A stretch of 64,000 nucleotides of DNA, from positions 39,256,437-39,320,436 of the forward strand of contig NC_090409.1 of assembly GCF_036365525.1 (NCBI RefSeq), given 5' to 3'. Source of the stretch: Heterodontus francisci. Lineage: Eukaryota. A model generated the notes under the pieces. The model worked only from the letters and a program-made list of their open reading frames with translations. It had not been told where the DNA came from and searched no databases. Below are positions 35,140-48,063 of the stretch, in pieces (within the stretch, counting starts at the first letter, position 1; every line of letters starts with the position of its first letter). Made by a program: the position numbers and the translations under genes.

Positions 35140-38100
35140 AGCCCGGTAACAGGTGAGGAACCCGGTAACAGGTGAGGAACCCGGTAAAAGGTGAGGAACC
35201 CGGTAACAGGTGAGGAACCCGGTAAAAGGTGAGGAACCCGGTAACAGGTGAGGAACTTGGTAACAGGTGAGGAACCCAGTAAAAGGTGAGGAACTTGGTA
35301 ACAGGTGAGGAACACGGTATCAGGTGAGGAACCCGGTAACAGGTGAGGAACACGGTAACAGGTTAGGAACCCGGTAAAAGGTGAGGAACCCGGTAACAGG
35401 TGAGGAACCCAGTAAAAGGTGAGGAACCCGGTAACAGGTGAGGAACACGGTATCAGGTGAGGAACCCGGTAACAGGTGAGGAACCCGGTAACAGGTGAGG
35501 AACCTGGTAACAGGTGTGAGGAACCCAGTAACAGGTGAGGAACCTGGTAACAGGTGAGGAACCCGGTAAAAGGTGAGGAGCCCGGTAACAGGTGAGGAAC
35601 CCGGTAAAAGGTGAGGAACCTGGTAACAGGTGAGGAACCCAGTAAAAGGTGAGGAGCCCGGTAACAGGTGAGGAACCCGGTAACAGGTGAGGAACCCCGG
35701 TAACAGGTGAGGAACCCAGTAACAGGTGAGGAGCCCGGTAACAGGTGAGGAACCCAGTAACAGGTGAGGAACCCGGTAAAAGGTGAGGAACCTGGTAACA
35801 GGTGAGGAACCCGGTAACAGGTGAGGAACCTGGTAACAGGTGAGGAACCCAGTAAAAGGTGAGGAACCCGGTAACAGGTGAGGAACCCGGTAACAGGTGA
35901 GGAACCCAGTAAAAGGTGAGGAGCCCGGTAACAGGTGAGGAGCCTGGTAACAGGTGAGGAACCCGGTAAAAGGTGAGGAGCCCGGTAACAGGTGAGGAAC
36001 CCGGTAACAGGTGAGGAACCCCGGTAACAGGTGAGGAACCCAGTAACAGGTGAGGAGCCCGGTATCAGGTGAGGAACCCAGTAACAGGTGAGGAACCCGG
36101 TAAAAGGTGAGGAACCTGGTAACAGGTGAGGAACCCGGTAAAAGTTGAGGAACCCGGTAACAGGTGAGGAACCTGGTAACAGGTGAGGAACCCGGTAAAA
36201 GGTGAGGAACCCAGTAACAGGTGAGGAACCTGGTAACAGGTGAGGAACCCGGTAAAAGGTGAGGAGCCCGGTAACAGGTGAGGAACCCCGGTAACAGGTG
36301 AGGAACCCAGTAAAACGTGAGGAACCCGGTAACAGGTGAGGAACCCAGTAAAAGGTGAGGAACCCGGTAACAGGTGAGGAACACGGTATCAGGTGAGGAA
36401 CCCGGTAACAGGTGAGGAACCCGGTAAAAGGTGAGGAACCCGGTAAAAGGTGTGAGGAACCCGGTAACAGGTGAGGAACCCAGTAAAAGGTGAGGAACCC
36501 GGTAACAGGTGAGGAACACGGTATCAGGTGAGGAACCCGGTAACAGGTGAGGAACACGGTATCAGGTGAGGAACCCGGTAACAGGTGAGGAACCCGGTAA
36601 CAGGTGAGGAACACGGTATCAGGTGAGGAACACGGTATCAGGTGAGGAACACGGTAACAGGTGAGGAACCCGGTAAAAGGTGAGGAACCCGGTAAAAGGT
36701 GTGAGGAACCCGGTAACAGGTGAGGAACACGGTATCAGGTGAGGAACCCGGTAACAGGTGAGGAACACGGTATCAGGTGAGGAACCCGGTAACAGGTGAG
36801 GAACCCGGTAACAGGTGAGGAACACGGTATCAGGTGAGGAACACGGTAACAGGTGAGGAACACGGTATCAGGTGAGGAACACGGTAACAGGTGAGGAACA
36901 CGGTATCAGGTGAGGAACACGGTATCAGGTGAGGAACCCGGTAACAGGTGAGGAACCCGGTAAAAGGTGTGAGGAACCCAGTAACAGGTGAGGAACCCGG
37001 TAAAAGGTGAGGAGCCCGGTAAAAGGTGTGAGGAACCCAGTAACAGGTGAGGAACCCGGTAAAAGGTGAGGAACCTGGTAACAGGTGAGGAACCCGGTAA
37101 AAGGTGAGGAACCTGGTAACAGGTGAGGAACCCAGTAACAGGTGAGGAACCCGGTAAAAGGTGAGGAACCTGGTAACAGGTGAGGAACCCGGTAACAGGT
37201 GAGGAACCCGGTAAAAGGTGAGGAGCCCGGTAACAGGTGAGGAACCCAGTAACAGGTGAGGAACCCGGTAACAGGTGAGGAGCCTGGTAACAGGTGAGGA
37301 ACCCGGTAACAGGTGTGAGGAACCCGGTAACAGGTGAGGAATCCGGTAACAGGTGAGGAACCCGGTAACAGGTGAGGAGCCTGGTAACAGGTGAGGAACC
37401 CGGTAACAGGTGTGAGGAACCCGGTAACAGGTGAGGAACCCGGTAACAGGTGAGGAGCCTGGTAACAGGTGAGGAACCCGGTAACAGGTGTGAGGAACCC
37501 GGTAACAGGTGAGGAATCCGGTAACAGGTGAGGAACCCGGTAACAGGTGTGAGGAGCTTGGTAACAGGTGAGGAACGTGGTAACAGGTGAGGTACCCGGT
37601 AACAGGTGAGGAACCCGGTAACAGGTGAGGAACCCGGTAACAGGTGTGAGGAACCCGGTAACAGGTGAGGAACCCGGTAACAGGTGAGGAACCCGGTAAC
37701 AGGTGTGAGGAACCCGGTAACAGGTGTGAGGAACCCGGTAACAGGTGAGGAACCCGGTAACAGGTGTGAGGAACCCGGTAACAGGTGAGGAACACAGAGG
37801 TATTAGCAATTTTGGAAAGTGTGAAAATAGATAAGTCCCCTGGGCCAGATGGGATTTATCCTAGCATTCTCTGGGAAGCCAGGGAGGAGATTGCAGAGCC
37901 ATTGTTGTTGATCTTTATGTCGTCATTGTCGACAGGAGTAGTGCCGGAAGACTGGAGGATAGCAAATGTTGACCCCTTGTTCAAGAAGGGGAGTAGAGAC
38001 AGCCCTGGTAATTATAGACCTGTGAGCCTTACTTCGGTTGTGGGTAAAATGTTGGAAAAGGTGAAAAGAGATAGGATTTATAATCATCTTGAAAAGAATA

Positions 38101-40576
38101 AGTTCATTTGCGATAGTCAGCACGGTTTTGTGAAAGGTAGGTCGTGCCTCACAAACCTTATTGAGTTTTTCGAGAAGGTGACCAAACAGGTGGATGAGGG
38201 TAAAGCCGTGGATGTGGTGTATATGGATTTCAGTAAGGCGTTTGATAAGGTTCCCCACGGTAGGCTATTGCAGAAAATACGGAAGTATGGGGTTGAAGGT
38301 GATTTAGAGCTTTGGATCAGAAATTGCCGAGCTGAAAGAAGACAGAGGGTGGTGGTTGATGGCAAATGTTCATCCTGGAGTTTAGTTACTAGTGGTGTAC
38401 TGCAAGGTTCTGTTTTGGGGCCATTGCTGTTTGTCATTTTTATAAATGACCTGGATGAGGGTGTAGAAGGGTGGGTTAGTAAATTTGCGGATGACACGAA
38501 GGTCGGTGGAGTTGTGGATAGTGTCGAAGGGTGTTGTAGGGTACAGAGGGACATAGATAGGCTGCAGAGCTGGGCTGAGAGATGGCAAATGGAGTTTAAT
38601 GCGGAGAAGTGTGAGGTGATTCACTTTGGAAGGAGTAACAGCAATGCAGAGTACTGGGCTAATGGGAAGATTCTTGGTAGTGTAGATGAGTAGAGAGATC
38701 TTGGAGTCCAGCTACATAAATCCCTGAAAGTTGCTACCCAGGTTAATAGGGCTGTTAAGAAGGCATATGGTGTGTTAGCTTTTATTAGTAGGGGGATCGA
38801 GTTTCGGAGCCACGAGGTCATGATGCAGCTGTACAAAACTCTGGTGAGGCCGCACCTTGAGTATTGCATGCAGTTCTGGTCACCGCATTATAGGAAGGAT
38901 GTGGAAGCTTTGGAAAGGGTGCAGAGGAGATTTACTAGGATGTTGCCTGGTATGGAGGGAAGGTCTTACGAGGAAAGGCTGAGGGACTTGGGGTTGTTTT
39001 CGTTAGAGAGAAGGAGGAGGAGAGGTGACTTAATAGAGACATACAAGATAATCAGAGGGTTAGATAGGGTGGATAGTGAGAGTCTTTTTCCTCGGATGAT
39101 GATGGCAAACACGAGGGGACATAGCTATAAGTTGAGGGGTGAAAGATATAGGACAGATGTCAGAGGTAGTTTCTTTACGCAGAGAGTAGTAGGGGCGTGG
39201 AATGCCCTGCCTGCAACAGTAGTAGACTCGCCAACTTTAAGGGCATTTAAGTGGTCATTGGATAGACATATGGATGAAAATGGAATAGTGTAGGTCAGAT
39301 GGTTTCACAGGTCGGCGCAACATCGAGGGCCGAAGGGCCTGTACTGCACTGTAATGTTCTAATTCTAAAAAACAGGTGTGAGGAACCCGGTAACAGGTGA
39401 GGAACCCGGTAAAAGGTGTGAGGAACCCGGTAACAGGTGAGGAACCCATTAACAGGTGAGGAACCCGGTAACAGGTGTGAGGAACCCGGTGACAGGTGAG
39501 GAACCCAGTAACAGGTGTGTGGAACCCGGTAACAGGTGTGTGGAACCCGGTAACAGGTGTGAGGAACCCGGTGACAGGTGAGGAACCCGGTAACAGGTGA
39601 GGAACCCATTAACAGATGAGGAACCCGTTAACAGGTGAGGAACCCGGTAACAGGTGAGGAACCCGGTAATAGGTGTGAGGAACCCGGTAACAGGTGTGAG
39701 GAACCCGGTGACAGGTGAGGAACCCAGTAACAGGTGTGAGGAACCCATTAACAGATGAGGAACCCGTTAACAGGTGAGGAACCCGGTAACAGGTGAGGAA
39801 CCCGGTAACAGGTGTGAGGAACCCGGTAACAGGTGTGAGGAACTGGTCACAGGTGAGGAACCCAGTAACAGGTGTGAGGAACCCGTTAACAGATGAGGAA
39901 CCCGTTAACAGGTGTGGAACCCGGTAACAGGTGTGAGGAACTGGTCACAGGTGAGGAACCCAGTAACAGGTGTGAGGAACCCGTTAACAGATGAGGAACC
40001 CGTTAACAGGTGAGGAACCCGGTAACAGGTGAGGAACCCGTTAACAGGTGAGGAACCCGGTAACAGGTGAGGAACCCGGTAACAGGTGAGGAACCCGGTA
40101 ACAGGTGTTAGGAACCCGGTAACAGGTGTGAGGAACCCGGTGACAGGTGAGGAACCCAGTAACAGGTGTGAGGAACCCATTAACAGGTGAGGAACCCGGT
40201 AACAGGTGAGGAACCCATTAACAGATGAGGAACCCGTTAACAGGTGAGGAACCCGGTAACAGGTGAGGAACCCGGTAACAGGTGTGAGGAACCCGGTAAC
40301 AGGTGTGAGGAACCCGGTAACAGGTGTGAGGAACCCGGTAACAGGTGTTAGGAACCCGGTAACAGGTGTGAGGAACCCGGTGACAGGTGAGGAACCCAGT
40401 AACAGGTGTGAGGAACCCATTAACAGGTGAGGAACCCGGTAACAGGTGAGGAACCCATTAACAGATGAGGAACCCGTTAACAGGTGAGGAACCCGGTAAC
40501 AGGTGAGGAACCCGGTAACAGGTGTGAGGAACCCGGTAACAGGTGTGAGGAACTGGTCACAGGTGAGGAACCCAGC
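35140..40576. repeat. 19-bp satellite GGTAACAGGTGAGGAACCC (with 20/21-bp variants), roughly 200 units, split by a CR1
   Basis: Period 19 read directly (cccggt at 35161, 35180, 35199); arrays at 35140-37794 and 39372-40576. Confidence 0.97.
37795..39371 (+). mobile_element. 5'-truncated CR1 LINE inserted in the 19-bp satellite
   Basis: RT ORFs 37785-38693 and 38772-39293 separated by one in-frame TAG; tail tgttctaattctaa. Confidence 0.95.
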
Positions 40577-41089
40577 AAGGTTCTTTCACCATTGAATTCA
40601 ATCTATGCAGAGTTCTACCTGGCAAATGACCATCTTGACTACCTGACCTATTGTTATTCTTTTGCCCCACCCCCGCTTTATTTGTTTAAAACCTATTACA
40701 TTTCTAATCTTTTCCAGTTCTGATGAAAGGTCACTGACCTGAAAGGTTAACTCTATTTCTCTCTTTACAGCTGCTGCCAGACCTGCTGAGTATTTCCAGC
40801 ATTTTTTATTTGTTATTGAAGTAGCAGCTGCATTTTCCTGATAACCTGCTCCCTGTGCACAAGGCTCCGCCCCGGGTAAAATCTGGTCGCTGGCGTAAAA
40901 CGCGCGGTATCCTGTCTGTCGCCCATTGTACTCTCCGCCCGATTTTCCGCTCCATTGACCTCAACAGAACTGAATAGCAGGTGGAGCACATGTCATTGGT
41001 CACTGCAATAGCGCAGACTTTACCCTCGGGACTGAGATGGTTTTGTACTCATGTCTGTCAAAAGTCTGGAAAATTAGCCAAGTGTTGTA

Positions 41090-42130
41090 ACCAATGGAGA
41101 TTTTTGTTAGATAAGGGGATTAGGGAGTCGGAAACAAGGCAGGAAATGCAGTTAACCTGCAGATCAGCTGTGAGAGAATCGAATGGCGGAACAGACTGGA
41201 GGGGCTGAATGGCCTCCTCCTGTTCCTGTGTTCCTTCCTATTCCAAAGAAAGAACTCATTTTTCCTTGGGTGATTTTGTTGTCAATGATATTTTTATTTT
41301 TGGTAACTATGCCAACTGTTTAAAATTGTTGAAATTGTCACATGGATGAAATGGGCAGACACATGGCAGATGTAATTGAATGCAGAGAGGTGTGTGATCT
41401 TGCAGAAGGGGGAGAGGATGTACAAAGTAAATGGTAGAATTTTAAATTGTGTATAGGAACAGAGAGAGAGTTGGAGGAAAAATTCCTTGAAGGTCTAGTT
41501 GATGCAGCTGTTAGTCAGCATAGAGATGGTGATCTTTATAAATAGAGACATCTAGTACCAAAACAGACCTTTATAAATCACTGGTTAGGCCTCAGCTGGA
41601 GTATTGTGTCCATTTTTGGGTTGCAGACTTTCGGATGGTTGTTAAGGCCTTGGAGTGGGTTTAGTGCAGATTTACCAGTTGATATCAGGGATCGAGTGAT
41701 TTCTGTTATGTGGGTAGACTGGAGAACCTGCAATAGATCTCGTTAGAAAACAACCAAGTTTAAGAGGAGATTTAATCGAGGCGTTCAAACTCATGAGGGG
41801 GTTTTGAGGGGGTAAATGAGGAGAAACTGTTCCCAGTGGTAGGAGGGTCAGTAACCAGAGGGACACAGATTGAGGATATTCGGTAAAAGAACCAGAGGGG
41901 GAGATGAGGAGAATTTTTTTGACACAGTCAGTTGTTGTGATCTGGAACGCGCTGCCTGAAAGGGCGGTGGAAGCAGATTCAATAGTAACTTTCAAAAGGG
42001 GAATTGGAGAAATACTGGAAGGGGGAAGATTTGCAGGAGGATGGGGAAAAGAGCAGGGCACTGGGACTCTTCAAAGAGCTAGTAAAGGCACGATGAGCCG
42101 AATGGCCTCCTTCTGTGCTGAACGATTTGA
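41090..42130 (+). mobile_element. Old CR1 3' fragments
   Basis: Decayed matches to QLEYCV and WNALPERAVEADS, plus two gaatggcctcc tails. Confidence 0.75.
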
Positions 42131-45100
42131 TCGCTTCTAGCTCTTTGATATTGTGAAATACCTGTCCATCACATTTCTCTATTCGGTGCTTGGACATTTT
42201 CGCTGCCAGGCAATATTTATACCTGGTTATTGGCGACATCAGTGAGTCACAAATGAGCCTTGGCAGTGCAGAGAGATGGTGGAGACCGCCACCTATTTAA
42301 TATTGACATTTTACCACCATATTCAGAGCAGTTTGGGAGGAACCGGGGCCTCTGGATTGGTCAACCCAGGAGACGCCCCTTCCAGTTTCAACCTTGAAGG
42401 AAGGAGGTAGAAGTATCATTTTTTCAAAAAAACTACGTCACGTACAAAATCATGTGAGAATTTACCAGAGAGAAGAGCAATACATGTGGAAGATATCCAC
42501 ACCAATAAACTCCTGTTAAATATCAGCAAACTGGCCTTCATTCCTGATCAGAACAGGAGCAAGTGGAACTTCAGAGCAAATAGTTCCTGCAAAGCTGATC
42601 CAATTCTGCTCCATTTGACAAGTGCTACCAGCTCCTTTGCAAATTTCAGACAGGAAGCAAAGAAAAATGTGCTTCAATCGATGGAGGGAGATGTTTGTTC
42701 TTTTTGTTTAACCTGCTCTGAGGTTGTGTTTCTAATCAGAGTGCGCTTCCACCCCAGCACTGATACAATGACATTTGCAATCATCTAAACCGGTGGGTCA
42801 TGTACAGCAAACAGCATCTTTGAAGAACATAGACAACTGCCCAGAGACTGGTGGCTCCAGAGAGGACACTACAGGGCACAAGGCCCCCAGGAGAGACAGC
42901 ATGAGCCGAGCATTCTCAACACGCAATTCCAAAGGTGTTAAGACATTGACTGCCTTCCGGCAATGATGTTCACCTTGTGGCTGAGTTACTGAACTTCCTC
43001 ATTCCTCTCCGGCAAAGCTGAGATTCAGCTTGAATTGCTTGTGTCTTTCCTTGTTATTTCAGCAGATTCTCTGCTTCCTTTGTTCACCACGAACTGAAAC
43101 GACAGCAACTGGGATCTTACCCAGCAAGCAGAAAATAAAGGCCAGTCTCCTGAAAGCAAAGAGTTGAGTTATTCCAGTAGTTAGTGTTTGGTGAGAAAGA
43201 GGACATCTGCCCTCATATATTCTGCTCATTTTATTTTGGACATGGGCTGACCTCCATTGTTTGACAGACAGTGAATCATTTTCTAGGGAAGGGACATTAC
43301 AGCGAGTCGAACCCATAACTGTGACAAAACACTTTAACAAGCAGGCAGACATGTTGTCCCGTATAGATACAAACACAGTTTTAAATTGAGGAGCAATGAA
43401 TTAGAAGGATTTTACTGGATTTTATTGGAAGGTTGGGAGCAGTTTGCGATTTTGTGAATAGCGACTTATAAAATCTTCGTGATTGAAGATTTGATGAACA
43501 TTGAGGTAATGATATTATCTCTGCCCCCATTAACTGTTTGTTCCTCCTTATGTCCTCACACTTTAGGCTGTGGGAAACCCTCTTTGTCCTTTCAGTCCCA
43601 CAGTTGGAATACACCCTCTTCCTGTCTCTGAATCTTCCTGATAATCTTATATCTTATTTGCTTGGAAGTTATGTAACAGACCCCTCTCTGTGATTGGTGT
43701 ATCGGTTGTTTCACCTGCTCTGTCTTTCTCTATTTTTCTTTCCAAATTTAATCAAACGCCTAACTTTCACTCCTCTGTTCTGATGACCATTGCACACTGG
43801 AAAGGTTTTAATCCAGTCTGCCGCCCTTTGCAGATGTTAAGCGGCTCCTGGTTCCCCGCGTGACTGTGCATTTATGGTTAAAGTATCTCTTGTTCCTTAA
43901 GTCTTTGAAATCGATCGGAGAACCGGTTAGTCGCAATTGTCCGACTTCTAGTGGGCGATGGTTTCAAACATAAACTCCAGAAATGGGCAGAATGGAGAAA
44001 AGTAAAGATGTAACTCTCCAATTTACAGCCGCTGCAATTGTATTTCCAAACTGAATGGTTCTCCCAGTCTTTATCTATCTATCGAACACACTGCAGTGAG
44101 GGGTGAGTTTTATCGACATTGCACAGAATTACAGCATTTTATTCTGCTTTTTCCTACTTGGTAAATCTACATGAAGCAACGTTTAGCCGGGAGTTGTAGC
44201 CTGGTTCGGAAAACACACTGGAATATCCAAATTCCAACTGCATTGGTTATTTCACAGACATGTGATATAAGTTCTGGTTTTGTGTAGCAGGTCACTAACA
44301 GTTTTGAACTACAAGTTACTCTCCATTCAGTTTTCATTTAGTTAGATCAAGCTCGGACATAAAAAAGCATTTTCATTTCGGGATCCATGAGACGTCCTGT
44401 GGATGTAATTCCCTCCTGTTACTGAGGGGTTATTTCAACCTGACATTTAATAAATCTGGGAACAGACCTGGAGCCTGTTCCATGCTGGAAATGTCACTGT
44501 GCTAGCTTCTCCTGACAAACCGCTCTCCATGTAGAAATGGAACGGCACAGCCCGGCTATTTACCCATTTGGGGGTGACTCGCTTTTTCTCTCTGAAAGGG
44601 AAGAGAAAGTACTTGTCACACCTGAAAAAGTCCAGCTCTTTCGGAAGGAAGCACTTTCTCCAAAGTGCCACTGACAATGGTTTGGATTTTCACTGCATGT
44701 ATTGCTGTTCACTCTGGGAGGTTTGTCAGCATGTCACATGGTTTTGTATTTGAGCTGCTTTTGAAAAAGTGCTTCGACTCCCTGATATTATACTTGGAAA
44801 TATGAGACTTTGTTTTTATTCGTTCATGGGATGTGAGCGTCGCTGGCAAGGCCAGTATTTATTGTTCATCCTAAAAATAATAATAGGGGCCCTTTAAGGC
44901 TCAAACGTTTGACAAATTGGACTTTTTGTCGCTGTATTTATGGTTGGATTTGAGAATCTGTGTGCGCTGTTCATTCTGTTGGTCCTGGAAACATGCAAAG
45001 CAAACATGATCCACTGTGCACGGTTAAGTGAAGGCCCTTATTTTCAAGAGGATTATAGAGTACTCCAGCATTGTTATCACATTGTACAGTTAAATTAATC

Positions 45101-45186
45101 TTCTTTAATCCTGAATCAACATTATACATTGGGAGCTGAATTAATGTCGATCTAAACCCCCCACCATCTATTGAAGAGGTAACCCT

Positions 45187-45414
45187 TGTCATGATTGTAT
45201 GTGTGAGCTGGAGTATTAGAGACTATACGGTACTTGGAAGGGAAACTGAAAGTAGGTTTGTATTTTGGGGAAAATACCTGACCCGAGGGCTGTTGTAAAG
45301 TCAGATAGGCATATGCTGCAGTAGTAAATATAAATCTTTAATAAAGCTTGTTAAACCTTTGTTGCAGTTAAATCTGTGACTTCAAGTGTGATTCTTTGAA
45401 CCTGAGATGTGACA
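45187..45414 (+). mobile_element. Possible short solo LTR
   Basis: TGTCA...TGACA inverted termini and AATAAA near 45340; TSD imperfect (accct vs atgct). Confidence 0.3.
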
Positions 45415-46219
45415 ATGCTCAGGAAAGTTTAACTACAATGTGCCTCCACCTGGTGACGAAATGGTGGAAGTGCTAAACTCCTGTCCCATCGCCACAATCG
45501 ATGTTGTTTTAAGTCAAAATCCTTTCTCCCATCGCTTACAATACTGAAAACCTTTGCACTTGCTCAGTCTGCTGCAGTTCAGCCAAATCCCATTGTATTT
45601 ACAGAACCTGTCTGTGATTGAGAAGTGAATGTCTGTGCAGCAAGTCTGTGAACGAGAGAAAGATTAATTAAATGAGTGAAGTACAAGACAAAAAATTCAT
45701 TCATTGTTGGCTGTGGGCTCGATGCAGAACAAAGGATTCCAAAGAGTCTGTAGAGTGGGTTTGCAATGAAATATATACTTAAATGTGTAGCGTCAGGAAT
45801 GAGATGTAGTTTACAATTAGTGTGGAAAGTCTCCTCTGTTATGTAACTTATCCCCACAGGCAAATGATAGAATTTTAGAACAAATAAGGAAATCCCTCAG
45901 TCTAGCATTTCTATATCCGCTCTGAGGAAGAGCGACCCAATCAATCCCGCTCCCTTGCCAGCTCCCCATTCACTCCCATGTTTTTCCCTTTTCAAATGCA
46001 TATCCAAATCCCGTCTGAAATATAACAGGGAATCAGCCTCCACCGCCCATTCAGATGGTGAATTCCAGATCATAACAATTCTCTGTGTAACAGATAATGA
46101 GAGAGAGCAGAGGAGAGAGAGAGAGAATACCAGAGCAGGAGAGAGAAATGGATGGAGCAACAGAGAAATAGATATGGAGAGAAAGCAACAGAGAGGGAGA
46201 GTTGGAGATTGGAACTGAG

Positions 46220-47610
46220 AGTGGTATTGTCACTGGACTAGTAACCCAGAGACCCAGGATATTGCTCTGGGGACATGGGTTTGAATCCCACCACAGCAGA
46301 AGGTGGAATTCGAATTCAATTAATAAATCTGGAATTAATAGCTAGTCTAATAACAGCCATGTAACCATGTCAATTGTTGTAAAAACCCATCTGGTTAACT
46401 AATGTTCTGTAGGGAAGGAAATCTGCCATCCTTACCTGGTCTGGCCGACATGACACATGTGGTTGACCCTTAATTGGCCTAGCAAGCTACTCAGTTGCAT
46501 CAAACTGCTACAAAGTCAATAAGGAATTAAACTGGACGGACCACCCGGCATCGACCTAGGCATCGGAAATTACAACAGCAAACCCAGCCCTCTCGACCTC
46601 GCAAAGTCCCCCTTACTAACATCTGGGAGCTTGTGCCAAAGTTGGGAGAGCTGTCCCACAGACTAGTCAAGCAGCAGCCTTACATAGTCATACTCACTGA
46701 ATGATACCTCTCAGACAATATCTCAGACACTGCCATCACCATCCCCGGGTATGTCCTGTCCCACCAGCAGGACAGACCCACCAGAGGTGGGGACACAATG
46801 GTATACTGTAGGGAGGGTGGTGCCCTGGGAGTCCTCAACATCGATTCCGGACCCCATGAAGTCTCATGGCATCAGGTCAAATATGGGCAAGGTAACCTCC
46901 TACTGATTATCACGTAGTGCCATCCCTCATCTGATGAGTCAGTACTCCATGGTGTACACCACTTGGAGGAAGCACTGAGGGTGGGGAATGTACTCTGAGT
47001 GGGGGACTTCAATGTCCATCACTAAGAGTGGCTCAGGAGCGCCAATACTGACTGAGCTGGCCGAGTCCTCAAGGACATAGATGCTGGACTGAGTATGTGG
47101 CAGGTGGTGAGGGAACCAATAAGAGGGAAAAACATACTTGACCTCGTCCTCACCAATTTACCTGTTGCTGATGCATCTGTCCATGACAGTATTGGTAGGA
47201 GTGACCACCGCACAGTCCTGGTGGAGATGAAATCCCACCTTCACACTGAGGATACCCACCATCGTGCTAAATGGGATAGATTTCGAGCAGATCCAGCAAT
47301 GTAAAACTGGGCATCCACGAGGTGCTGTGAGCCATCATCAGCAGCAGAATTGTACTCGACCACAATCTGTAACCTCATGGCCCGGCAAATCCCCCCACTC
47401 TACCATTACCATCAAGCTGGGGAACCAACCCTGGTTCAATGAAGAGTGCAGGAGACCATGCCAGGAGCAGCAACAGGCATACCTCAAAATGAGGTGTCAG
47501 CCTGGTGAAGCTACAACACAGGACAAGACCACCTTCTTAAGGGCAATTAGATATGGGAAATAGATGCTGGTGGAGACAGCGACACCCACATCCCATGACG
47601 AATAAAAAAA
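46220..47610 (+). mobile_element. Family-2 LINE with tRNA-like head, APE endonuclease region, internal deletion and 3' tail
   Basis: B-box-like gggtttgaatccc about 46277, SINE-like body, then VILTE..IPGY..DRPTRGG..GDFN..LDLVLTN..SDH, joined at about 47525 to the family-2 tail and A tract. Confidence 0.8.
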
Positions 47611-48063
47611 CCTATCCACCCATTCCACCAACTTGTCAATGTCCTCTTGCAGTTCTACACTCTCCTCCTCACAGTTCACAATGCTTGCAAGTTCCATATC
47701 ATCTGCAAACATTGAAATTCTGCCCTGTACACCAAGGCCCAGGTCATTAATATATATCAGGAAAAGCAAGGGTCCCAACATTGATCCCTGGGGAACCCCA
47801 CTACAAACCTTCCTCCAGCCCAAAAAAACATCCATTAACCACTACTCTTTGTTCCCTGTCACTCAGCCGATTCCGTATCCATGTTGCTACTGTCCCTATT
47901 ATTCCATGAACTATAACTTTGTGCATAATGTCTGTTGTGTGGCACTGTATCAAACACCTTTTGAAAGTCCAGGTATTGCACTGATCTCATCAACCCTCTC
48001 TGTTATCTCCTCAAAAAAGCCCAGCAAGTTAGTTAAACATGATTTTCCCTGAAGAAATACATG
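47611..48063 (-). mobile_element. CR1 RT fragment
   Basis: SGVPQGSMLGPLLFLIYINDL..FADD. Confidence 0.85.

Noticed and set aside
35031-40723. Long repetitive ORFs of up to 527 aa (FLTCYRVPHLLPGSSPVTG)
   Set aside because: They arise from a 19-bp unit lacking stops on the minus strand; several frames are open and cycle through the same peptide.
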